This document shows positions 1 to 11,423 of a stretch of DNA of 64,000 nt, piece by piece. Each line of letters begins with the position of its first letter. Within the stretch, counting starts at the first letter, position 1. A program made the translations under genes and the position numbers. This stretch comes from Atractiella rhizophila. Lineage: Eukaryota. The notes below the pieces were generated by a model, which was not told the origin of the DNA, did no database searches, and saw only the letters and a list, made by a program, of their open reading frames with translations. Where the stretch lies: assembly GCA_021432655.1 (NCBI GenBank), contig MU271227.1:1-64000 (forward strand), given 5' to 3'.

Positions 1-719
1 GGGAGTTTGAAACGAAGTGGATGAATTGCCCCATGCAAATTAGGTTTAGCATAAGACGTCGCCCTTCCTCCAGGCACAAAATTCGCAAATTCGCAGCCAC
101 GAGCGAGCTCACTCTCCTTAAAGCACCCACCACTCTCTGTTCTGTCTGTTTTGTCCCCTTCCTTTTCTTTCTCCAAGCAAGGTCTTTCTCAAACTCTTCC
201 GAGTCCACCCTCGAAGGTTTTCTCTAGACATCGTTTTCATAGGGTGCTTGCGCTCCAGAGATCAGAAAGAAAGACAGTCCGCTAGCGGTTTATTGGTCAG
301 TCCTCCTTTCCTTTCTCCTGGTTGCATCTGTATCTGGGTGGTGCTTTATTACGTTTTCCTTCCGTGGCTGCGTTCTGCTGCGACGCCGCCCACTTGCCAC
401 ATGACGTTGCAGCCTGCTTCGAGAAGCTTCCCAGTGTTCTGCATTATTCTCTCCGCTCCTTCGATCTTTTTGTTCACAGAGGAGAAGAAAAGGATGTTAA
501 GAGCTGCAGTTTTGGGTGAAGTTTGGCTAGAAAAAAAATGACGTTCGGCCAGCGATAAGCAATCTAAGCTCGACAGAAACTAACAGATGGGTTGGGATGG
601 GAAACAGCTTCAGAGCCAGGCGCAAAGTCGCTTTTACCACTTCCATTTACGAGCCCTACCGTTTCGTCTAATCAAACCAAACAACCCAACCTTCCTTCGT
701 TTCAATTCAATCGATCGAC

Positions 720-2953
720 ATGCCTTCCGCATCCAAGATCCTCGTTTCTGCCCTCCTCTTCCTCTCCTCCACCGTCGCCGCTCAAGACGGAGGCATCGGA
801 GCCAGCGTCCAAGGCTTCTCCACCGTCCAAGGCACTCCCGCCGCCGCCACCCCCGCCTCATCCTCCTCCGATGACGCCTCCGCCGCGAAGGCCACCCCTG
901 CTCCGATCGTCAACGGTGATTCTGGATCTGGAGGAATCGGCGCAAGCCCCCTCGGACCCGTTTCCACTGGCGTCTTCCCCGCCTCTGCTTCTGCCGGAGG
1001 TGTCCTCGGCGTAGATGGTGGATCGTCTGGAGATAGCTCCTCCTCGTCCAAGGAGGACCCGAAGGCGACCATCACGGCCAGCGCGAAGGGAAGCGAAGAG
1101 ACGTCGAGCGAGTCCAGCTCGTGCTCCGGCGATTGCTGTAACAACGATTGTGGATCCTCCGATAACAGTGGGATGTCGATGGAGTATGGTGGATGCAGTG
1201 GATACGGATGTGATAGCGTTGGATCGTACGACTGCTCCATGTACGATTGGTACTGCGACGCGTCCTACGGTTACTCCCATGGATACTCAAAGAACGAGTG
1301 CGTCCTAGATGTTTTCTTGATTTCGACTTATTACTGAACGTTACGCAGTTGTTCTTCGTACGGAGAGTCCTGCTCCGTCTCTACCGTCAAGACAGTCTCT
1401 GTATGTTGACTTTTTTCGTTGGTAAATGGAGCTCGTCCTGATGGAAACAATAGATCGTTGAGAAGATCATCAAGACGAAGACACTTCACATCATTAAGAC
1501 CATGTTCGAGACCATGACCGAGACCAAGAGTACGTCTGAATCCCCTCAGATATGCATTGAGTAACAATATTGCGCAGCCGAGACCGATACTGTCACTGAA
1601 AGTGCGTTGCTCTCGTTACATCCTGCATCCCGGTCGCCTTGCTGATTGATATCTAATAGCTGAGAAGTCCACCGTCACGAAGACGAAGGAGGTTCCCACC
1701 ACTGTTCATGTCACCGAGACTGCGACCATGAGTTCGTGTCTCCCACGTCCGTGCTACAATTGTGCTTACCCTCTTTGATAGCTGAGACCGCCACTGAGAC
1801 TGCCATCAAGAAGGTCGTCCGTAAGCCCCAAATCACTTGTCTGTCTCTTTTGTAACACTAATCCGACTGAACCAGAAACTGAGACCATGACCTCCGTCGA
1901 AGTTGTTCCCACCACCATCGTGAAAGATCGCACCGTCACGATGAAAGAAAGTGCGTGTCCTTCCCTCTCCTTCTATTTCCATTCTGATGCAATTAACTTA
2001 GCCGACGTTGTCACTGATGTCGAGACCGCCACCAAGACTGAAAAGGAAATCCATACCGTCATTGAGACCTCCGTCTACGTCGCTCCTACCACCGTCATTT
2101 CTCAATGGGTCACCACCAAGACCGTTGACAAGACCAAGCTCGTCGAGAGCACCGTTGTCAGCACTAGCGGTAGGTCTCCTAGCTGTCCAACCGTTTCTCC
2201 CCACTGATAATTGATGATACAGTTGCCGACCGTACCGTTACTGAGGAAGTCACCAAGACCGAAGTCGTGGATTCTCAACAAACCAGCTCGTACGACAACG
2301 GCTACAACAACGGTTACGGCGGCTACAACTCCGAGTACGACTGCACGAAATACGTGACCGTTTGCGAGTCGTGCGTTGTTTTTCCTTCTAATTGAAGAAC
2401 TCAGCTGTTGACGCTTCCTCTCTGTACAGCTCGTCCTACGGTAAGGGATACAGCAAGGAGATCTGCAAGACCTACAAGCAGTACTGCGACTCCTACTACG
2501 GCTACAGCTCCTCTGGTTGCTACGAGAAGTCGTGCGGTCACGATGGCAAGCAGGCTTACCCCATGGACGGCTGCAGTGGATACTGTCCTTCCCACTCCAG
2601 CGACTCATCTTCCTACGGCTGCAAGGGAACGATTGTGCTTCATCCGATTCCTCTATGAGCTACAACAACGGAGGAGGATCTTATAACTACGGGTGGGTCC
2701 CCTCGCCCCCTTTCTCCTGGCTTGATTACTTGTGCTGATTAGTTGTTCGTAACAGATCTTACAACGGAGAGGGTATCGGAATGTCAGCCAACAAGCCCCC
2801 CAGCTGTGACGGTTGCGAGTCCTCCCACGACAACAGCTCTTCCGACTACTCCTACAAGAAGTCGAAGCGGACTACCCACAAACGGCGTCAAGCTCAACTT
2901 TCACTCGTAATCTGTTCCTCCGGGTCAAATCAGTAGACGAGAACGAAATGTGA
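720..2953 (+). CDS. Secreted multi-exon protein: signal peptide, Ser/Gly/Ala linker, two Cys/Tyr-rich modules flanking a Thr/Val/Glu/Lys-rich stalk (cell-wall or adhesin-like, function unknown)
   Basis: N-terminus MPSASKILVSALLFLSSTVAAQ is signal-peptide-like. Many short GT-AG introns link the T/V/E/K-rich exons (about 1350-2280). C-terminus is basic (KKSKRTTHKRRQ) and the probable stop is TGA at 2951-2953. Apparent 1-nt frameshift near 2625-2629. Confidence 0.8.
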
Positions 2954-4449
2954 CGCCTCCTCCGCTCAATTAATTAGACTTCAAGGACGTTTTCGGTTTC
3001 GGTAGAGTCGTTTGGCACAGTAATCATTAGTTTAGCATGGTCAAAGAAAGAAGGCTGGTTTTGCTCTCACAGTCCTTTAGCATCTTCACTTGCTCCTTCG
3101 TCTTTCTTTGTCGTTACATCGACCTCATTCAAAAGTTTGGTTTGCATTGGGACACTTTCTTTTCTTCAACGGGCTCTTTACTCCTTCAATTATTGAAGAC
3201 AAATTTGGAATTTGTGAGAGTTTTTGTTGTACAATTTACTCGTTCAAAATCGGTTCTGGAAGGATCGTACCTCTTCATTTTGGCTCTTGATGTTTCTTTG
3301 GGGACAAATCGAGGTCGATTCGATCTGAGTCGGTCCTAATCTCTCGCTATCGCAGTCAAGGAGCGATGAGAGGATGTTGATATTTTCAGAGATGATTGGG
3401 AATGATAACTGAGTTACAATTCCATCACTTCCCATATTGGCAGCAAGCATCGGTGAGCACTTGTCGAAGGTGAATTTTCCGAGGGACCCAACCCAACAAA
3501 AGAGCAAACATGCTATTTCGTCCGGAATATACGAAGTCGTATCAAGCTATCTGACCCCATTTTATTCTCTGAGACCATCAGGCGCGTTAGTCCACCAAAG
3601 CCGTCATTGTGTTGATGGGCATGGAAGAAGTCACGAGGAAGTCGACGATTTGAAAATGGGTTCCGGTTCCACTACCTCTCGCACCTCCTTCTTTCATAAC
3701 ACGCTCAGCTTGAGCGTTTGAGCTTTCATAACTATTGTTCAATTCTATCCATGGAGATCCAAATTTCTCACCTTAACTCCAGAGGTTTTTCAGCCGTGTT
3801 AGCTGTGATTCACTTCAAATTAGGGAATGGATCCTGAGATGCGCTGACATGACAGCTTCACGGTTCTGAACCATCTTGACAGTTCATACCAGGCCCTTCA
3901 GACGTTGCAAAATTTGCAGGGATGGAATCTTTAGTTCCTGTCCAATCAGTCCTCATGGCCTCAATGCTTCAGTGTCAACTGGACTTTCAGACTGCTGTCT
4001 CTGGATTAGCATGCAGAACGGACTCGCCTCCTTCCATGTGCTGTTATCGATTCATTGACAAATTAAGTGGGATAAAGGCCACGATTTTCCTTGCCTACGA
4101 CGAGTGCTCTACCTCATTGATGCATTCCATTACCAAGGCGGTAAAGTTCGTACATTTCTACCTGCCTATCTACAACGAATTTCGAAATGTTCAGCGAAGT
4201 GAGATAAGTTAGAGCTCGGCGCGTTTGGCCTTTGGTGGGAGTTGCCTCAAATGCGTTGCAGAACGAATCGCAGAGCATCTCAATGCCCAAATCTGACAGC
4301 CCCTATGTGTCTTGTATCTGGACCTTCAACGCGCACTCCTGCTCTAGTGGGTGGATGCGAACAAGTCACAATTGCTGCGATGTGTCCTTGTCCAAAGGGA
4401 TAGCGCATCCACTCGCAATTGACTCATCCCCTCTCCCTTGCTGCTGTCC

Positions 4450-4455
4450 TATAAA
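4450..4455 (+). promoter_or_regulatory. TATA box upstream of the 4513 gene
   Basis: TATAAA about 60 nt upstream of the predicted ATG at 4513. Confidence 0.45.
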
Positions 4456-4512
4456 GCTTGCTCTCCCATTTCGACCCATCGCAATCAAACGTGGTGGAAG
4501 GTAGTGGCGACT

Positions 4513-5337
4513 ATGTCTCAACACTCGAGGTTTGACAATTCTAGCGCATTTATGGTGCTGACATTACTCTCAGGTCTAACGTAAGCTCTGAGCCTGGCTC
4601 TAATCGAACCAGTTCGTATTATGCTGGGTAAGCTGTTTGCATTCCTTCGCTCGTGTTATGACGATCCATCAGGCCTGGCTCCAATCGGTCTAGCTCGCAC
4701 TATGGGTTCACCAGTTCCCTTTGTCTTCTCCGACATGCTCATGCTCTTTTAGATCCAACCCTTCATCCAACCGAAGCAGCGCTCAGCAATTTCAGTGAGC
4801 GATCGCCTCCCGGTGCGCAGAAAAGTACTAACGACACAGTAATACTTTTAGATTTAACGTCAACTCGAATCGCTCCAGTTCACAATCCGGCATCTCCAGT
4901 CCTGGAATGTCCATAGCTTCCAGCCAAAGACAACAGTTTTCCAGGGCAAGCTCTCATGCCAGGGCGTAAATAATATTTCCATTCTTGTCTTTCGACTAAA
5001 GCAGCTAACCGAAGGTTTTCAGTTCCGCTACTGGCACCTCTCGCACGACGCTCGATAGCTATCATTCAAGCGTCAGGTCCGCACCTGTTTCTCTTTGTTC
5101 CGTTGTCTTGTCTAATAAAGAGCACGATAGCGGGCACGGCGGTGCAAGACCTCCTCAGGCCACTTCACATGAACGTTACCCTCCTCGTCCCATGGGAGAC
5201 GAGATCGGTGCTCAAGCTGGCAGGCAGGGACAAGGTAGCAGCTCTGACGAACAGGTCAGTTCAAGTGCTGACATTTCATCATTGAGCTGACAATCTGGTC
5301 ATAGCACGGTGGAGGATGTTGCTGCGCAATTATGTGA
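4513..5337 (+). CDS. Small (about 156-160 aa) Ser/Asn/Arg-rich disordered protein with SNR(S/T)S repeats and C-terminal GGGCCCAIM CaaX box; 8 exons
   Basis: Exons 4513-4529, 4574-4627, 4673-4705, 4753-4794, 4840 or 4852-4965, 5023-5076, 5131-5254 and 5305-5337. All introns are GT-AG and 44-57 nt. They splice into one open frame with no correction needed, ending CAIM*. Confidence 0.75.
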
Positions 5338-5590
5338 AGGAACCGGGACAGACTTGGAGAGTATCACACACATGGGTTTGGCTGCGGTAACTGCTTCAAT
5401 GGGGTAGTGTTCATGCTCAAATATTCTGGCTATTTCCCACTCTTTTGCTTATATTATCTCAGAATCAGACACGACAAGAAGTTTTGTTTTGCTTTTCTCT
5501 TATAGTCCCCACACCCATTTCCTTTCCTGATACATGAAATGTTAGCAAATGAAGTGAAGAAATGTATTATGTTCCATAAATGTAAACGCA

Positions 5591-7326
5591 CTACTCATTT
5601 TCGTCTTCCTCGTCTTCTTCCATGAGAGTCTCGAGTACAAATTTGTTAGTCTGGGGGAGCTCCACATCTGGATGGAGCGCTTTCCATTGGCGATAGTCTC
5701 TGCACTGTTCCCGCCGTGTCAATGTTTCTCTGATTGCGACGCTGAAAGAAGACAAGCGTACCGCAAGCGTCCAACGCAAGCTGAGCATGCCAGCAACTGC
5801 AGCACGGACATAATTGACTAGCAAATATTCTTTTTCATCTCTCCCTAACTCGAAGAAGGCCGACAAAACGCAATACGGGATGAGACACCGTTTACCTCGC
5901 CTATTTGATTTCGTTCTGAGGTATACACCGTCGTTTCTTCATTTATTTCGAGGTCAGCATGTTTGACGGGATTGCCTTGGAATGGAATTTGCTCACGATT
6001 CTGTCAACTCTTGCAACGCCTTCTTGCACACAGAAGTAGCGAGCAAAAAATCTCGCAATTGACGGTCTTGAGCCCTCTTCATGATCCCGTACCATCTCTC
6101 CATCGGCTGACGAATTGGAGGTGCAGTAGGGTCTTGAACCTTTCCAACCAAAGTGTAAGGATTACGATCACGGAATTTGATTGGAGAGAGTGGGTTGTGT
6201 TTAGCCGGCGCGGATATGTCGAGGTAAGAGGAGATTGGTGGCAGAGGGCGACTTGACTTTGTCCATCGGGATGTCAAAAGGGTAAACGCCTTGCGGTTTA
6301 TACGTTGCGTTTCCGCTTTCGTTAAGGGTTCAAAGCGTCGGGGAAAGTGTTGATAAAGGTCGACGAAGCGAGAAGGGAGATCGCTCGGATTTGGCGGTCC
6401 GTCTTTTTCATCTCGGGTTTGCTTGCTGTGCCGTCGGTGTCTGCCTGGAGACAAAGTAAGTGATGGTAATCACGCGCAAGGAAGATGCTGACTTTTCCTC
6501 TTTTCTGGTTTACTGCGAGCTTTCAGCTGACGATCCTTGTGACGAGAAGTATCAGAAGCCGTCTTTGGTAAGGTCATTTGCGATCTCTTGAAGGATGGGT
6601 CCTATTGTGCAAATTGTGACACTGCGCCAAAACGAAAGGAACGGAAATACCTTCCATGCCTAGAATGAGGGTCAGAGTTATTATCAATAGAAGTATGATC
6701 ATACCATATCAAGTTCCATCATGTACTTGGCTGACACGGAGGCGTACGAAGTCAAGGTTGCCGAACTGGCACTCTCGCCAAATGCCGCGCAGGCAAGAAT
6801 AAATGCTCGCGAGAAGATGTCGTCATTGAGTGCTGAATCCAAGGACCAAAAAGTACTCCTGAAAAATGGTCGGTCAGTGCTGATGGCGAAAAATCAGCAA
6901 AACTCACGAGTTGATAGACTTCCGAGCGGCTTTGGCTTCCTTCAGCTGTCTTAATACCACCAGGACAGCCCACTCCAGTTTACCCCTCAATATTTCCACC
7001 TCTTCGCCTGCACTGTAATCAGAGGTCTCGGAGGCAGCTTTGACCGCCATGTGATGCACGCTTCGCAGGAGGGATGGATGGCAAGATATTCGTCTGTAGC
7101 CTGCATCGTATGGTGAAACCAAGGATGTACTGAGAGCTTGAGGAAGGAGATTGGCAAAATGGGTTTCAGAAACAGTGGGTATGAGGTGGGCGAGGTGAAG
7201 AGAGAGGAGAGTTTGGCGAAGGCTGCGAGGGAGATGCCAGAAGAGAATGCTGCCGAATGACTTCCTTTGTCCTTTCGGCCCAGAAGGGTCTTGAACCTCT
7301 GAAGGCGATTTCATATGTGAATCCAT
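5591..7326 (-). CDS. Hypothetical multi-exon protein
   Basis: ORFs 6904-7326, 5993-6454 and 5591-5866 are joined by canonical short introns (e.g. about 6447-6492 and 6602-6650). Acidic C-terminus EEDEEDENE*. No domain recognised. Confidence 0.6.
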
Positions 7327-7394
7327 TGCTTAATGCACTGGGAGAGAGCGTAGGGGATGGAGAACAGGTTCCAGGTAATTTGAGGGAACCGCAC

Positions 7395-10300
7395 TTATTT
7401 GTTGCAAGTTTTGGAAATCTGGCTTTCCCTTGTTAGTCCGCAGCTGCGTCCAGATGAGTGCTGCGGATACACATTATTTTCAGATCGTTTGCTTCGCATC
7501 AAATACAGCGCATGGAACCCACTACAAATCCAATGAGTGTACATATTGCATGTCACATAGAGTACCCGGAGTGGATGTAGTAGCCCCATGATCAAACTCA
7601 ATCCTCCAGTTGTCCCATAACATGTTACCATCCCTGAACTGTCGAACTCATTCTGACACCATGTCCAGTCTTTTTCAGCATTCTTCACAAGACTCCGGAA
7701 CTTGTAGTTCGTCCAAGTGGTCAGAAAAAAACCTTTTCGATTTGTTTCACCACATAACCCACGTTCCAAATGTCTTCGAGATAACCTCCCTTTAATGCAT
7801 CGATGTGCCAGTCCATTAAGACCTATATTTCTTAATCTAAGAAGTGCAGAAGGTCGCAGAGAAACGAGAAGACTTCTGAATAAGTGGTGGAGATGCAAAG
7901 AGAGAGAGAGTACTTGATAAGCTGTGATACGTATAGAACTTCCACGGTCCTCATTTCATCAATAGACAGTCTGGTGAAACTGTTTGATTGTCTAACAGTG
8001 TCGCGGCCATGTTCTGGAGCAATGTTGCATCAAAGTGTTGGACAAGCAAATCACCGATCCTAGATATTGCCTAAAAGAAAAGCAAGTCGGCCTATTCTGA
8101 CGACTTTTAGCACCACAGAGGAACTGATGCCACACATTGCAATACAACGTAGGTGTTGAGACAATTGAAGGTCAGGTAAAAACTTCTGACATCTCCAACT
8201 TTCCGCCGCTTGGTGACCAGTGACGTGCCAGCAGTTTTCCAGAGTCGGCATAATGGTCGAGCACTCGATATGGCGAAACTCTAGCCGTAGGTATGTGAAA
8301 CTTGCGGGACAAACTTCGCCTAAGTCATCAAGGTAGTGTCGCTCGGGTCAAGGGGCGTCCAGCTGAGTGCTGCGGATATACATTATTTTCAGATCGTTTG
8401 CTTCGCAAATACAGCGCATGGAACCGACTAGAAATCCTATGAGTGTACATATTGCATGTGAGATAGAGTACCCGGAGTGGATGTAGTAGCCCCATGATCA
8501 AACTCAATCCTCTAGTTGTCCGTAACATGTTACCATCCCTGAACTGTCGAACTCATTCTGACACCATGTCCAGTCTTTTTCAGCATTCTTCACAAGACTC
8601 CGGAACTTGTAGTTCGTCCAAGTGGTCAGAAAAAACCTTTTCGATTTGTTTCACCACATAACCCACGTTCAAATGTCTTCGAGATAACCTCCCTTTAATG
8701 CATCGATGTGCCAGTCCATTAAGAACTATATTTCTTAATCTAAGAAGTGCAGAAGGTCGCAGAGAAACGAGAAGACTTCTGAATAAGTGGTGGAGATGCA
8801 AAGAGAGAGAGAGCACTTGATAAGCTGTGATATGTATAGAACACGGTCCTCAATTTCATCTATAGACAGTTCTGGTGAAACTGTTTGATTGTCTAACAGT
8901 GTCGCGGCCATGTTCTGGGGCAATGTCGCATCAAAGTGCTGGACTAGCAAATCACCCCATCCCATATATTGAGAAAAAGAATGCAAAGCCGGCCAATTTT
9001 GACGACTTTTGGCACCACACCGGAACAACAGCCACACATTGCAATACAACGTAGGGGTTGAGACAATTGAAGGTCAGGTAAAACCTTCTGACATCGCCAA
9101 CTTTCCGCCGCTTGGTGACCAGTGACATGGTGGCAGTTCCAAAGTCGGAATAATAGTATTCATCAGGTGGTGGTTCCGAGCCATGGGGATCACGAAGCCT
9201 TGAAAGATTTCCAGAAAGAAGTTTGACAAAGTCAGAATCTGGACAATATGACGCGGCGTCACCGTCCGGTTCCCTGTGAGATGTTCGAGAAGAAATTCCG
9301 ATGGCAGGCGTGATGGATTTTGGACGAACGGCGGAGTGATGAGATCCCTGTGCAGGCGCAGGAAGAGGGTCGCTTCAGGGTAAAAGCTGGCTGTATTGCG
9401 TAGTTGAATGGGACCTTCGAGACTAATGCAATTACTCTGGCGAGTTTGAAGGAAATATTTGACAAATGACTACAAAATGAAGGGAAATGCGACACATGGC
9501 GACACATTCACTTGAAGCTCAGTCTTCCGCCCGCTCTTCCGCATGAATAAGTGGTGGAGATGCAAAGAGAGAGAGAGTACTTGATAAGCTGTGATACGTA
9601 TAGAACTTCTCACGGTCCTCATTTCATCAATAGACAGTCTGGTGAAACTGTTTGATTGTCTAACAGTGTCGCGGCCATGTTCTGGAGCAATGTTGCATCA
9701 AAGTGTTGGACAAGCAAATCACCGATCCTAGACATTGCCTAAAAGAAAAGCAAGTCGGCCTATTCTGACGACTTTTAGCACCACAGAGGAACTGATGCCA
9801 CACATTGCAATACAACGTAGGTGTTGAGACAATTGAAGGTCAGGTAAAAACTTCTGACATCTCCAACTTTCCGCCGCTTGGTGACCAGTGACGTGCCAGC
9901 AGTTTCCAGAGTCGGCATAATGGTCGAGCACTCGATATGGCGAAACTCTAGCCGTAGGTATGTGAAACTTGCGGGACAAACTTCGCCTAAGTCATCAAGG
10001 TAGTGTCGCTCGGGTCAAGGGGCGAGCACCGTGGAATCAGTACTTGAGTTATTTAAGGCGGCCGAAAGAAAAACTACGGAGACAAGGAAGGAGAGAAAAC
10101 CCATTAAATTGGCGCTGTCATCCCAACCAACAGATATGCCAACCGTTTCAGCAGAGATAGGCTGCTAATCAATTAAAGCAGGAGCAAGAATCGGTCCGCT
10201 TCAAGAGGCATCAAAACACAATAGTTGGGCTCCAATTTTGTGCTGGTGTTGGCCAGGAATTTAAAACGGTTGGAAAGTCCAAAGATTTTGATGAAGAGGG

Positions 10301-11300
10301 ATACCGCATATCTTTGTAGTTTAAGTCGTGTCAGGTGACAGAAATGGGAAAGAGCAGCGTGATTCCGTCCTGCAGGTTGCGAACGGTGGGGAACCAGTCA
10401 GAGGAATAAGTTGCATCGCTTTGTTTCGCATGTTTTTGAAAATATTCATCAGACAGTAGTGGCTCAGAGGCATACAGAACACGCAGCCTTGAAAGCTCTC
10501 CAGCAAAACTTTGACAAAGTCAGGATCTGAACAATTTGACGGGGCGTCACCTTGGGGTCCCCTGTGAAATGTTCGAGAAGAATTTCCGATGGCAGGCGCT
10601 GCAGGAAACAGCAATGATTTGTGGGTTCTAGTCGTCCCTCCATCGTCAAGCAGTTGTGACTGGTGCACTTGTTCTGCACACCTAAGAGATACTGAGCGGA
10701 CGGCTCTGTGTTTTTTCTCCAGCAAAAGTCCAGGAGTCCTTGCAGATGCGCCATAACTTGATATATGTCGCCTCGCGGATCAGCATTCAATCAGTCCTCT
10801 AGCAACCCAGCTGTCCAGCTGTAGCTGTGATGGATTTTGGACGACGGCGGAGTGATGAGATTCCTGTGCAGGTGCAGGAAGAGGATCGCTTCAGGGTAAA
10901 AGGTGGTAATATTGCGTAGTTGAATGAGACCTTCGACACTAATGCAATTACTCTGGCGAGTTCGAAGGAAATATTTGACAAATGACTGCAAAATGAAGGG
11001 AAATGCGACACATGGCGACACATTCACTTGAAGCTCAGTCTTCCGCCCGCTCTTCCGCCAATCTGCGCAAACTGTATCTCGGTTCAGCTTTCGATCTTGC
11101 TGCGACTCCGAATGTTCATGCTTCTCTGAAAAATATCGTGCTTTATCCTCAGGTACTTCAGTCTTCTCTCGACCAAGTGGCCAGCTCACCACCTCAGCAT
11201 CATACCCAGCATCATACCCAGTAACCCAGCATATCTCAGCGGCGGCACTGCTGAACTTCGCTGTGATATTCGGCGTGGCAGCGTGATCGAGAAGCGTCAA
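7395..11300 (-). pseudogene. Decayed, rearranged multi-copy coding relic (possibly transposon-derived)
   Basis: Overlapping minus-strand ORF fragments recur in 2-3 copies with stops and frameshifts. They contain Cys pairs (CTSHNC, CSVC, CEEC). No intact domain recognised. Confidence 0.5.
7446..11058. repeat. Complex segmental duplication, blocks A (7446-8357), B (8355-9543) and C (9544-11058)
   Basis: 7877-8357 is near-identical to 9544-10024. 8355-9154 is a diverged copy of 7446-8254. 9155-9309 matches 10441-10598, and 9310-9542 matches 10828-11058. Confidence 0.92.
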
Positions 11301-11423
11301 GAAGCTAGTCGGCGAGCCAGCCTCGTTCGAGAAGACGCCTCATTCTCTTCCGTCCACCAACACCATTTCTAAGTATACCCCAACGCTTCCAATACCTCTC
11401 AACGTCAATCGACGCGCGAGAAA

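Noticed and set aside
4513..5337. Mating lipopeptide pheromone precursor or G-protein gamma subunit
   Set aside because: It has a CaaX box, but the repeats lack internal Cys or processing sites and there is no G-gamma helical or DPL-type motif.
7395..11300. Intact transposon (KDZ, Helitron or LTR)
   Set aside because: No recognisable transposase, RT or Rep motifs, terminal inverted repeats or LTR termini. The 480-bp direct repeats are internal gene sequence without TG...CA ends.
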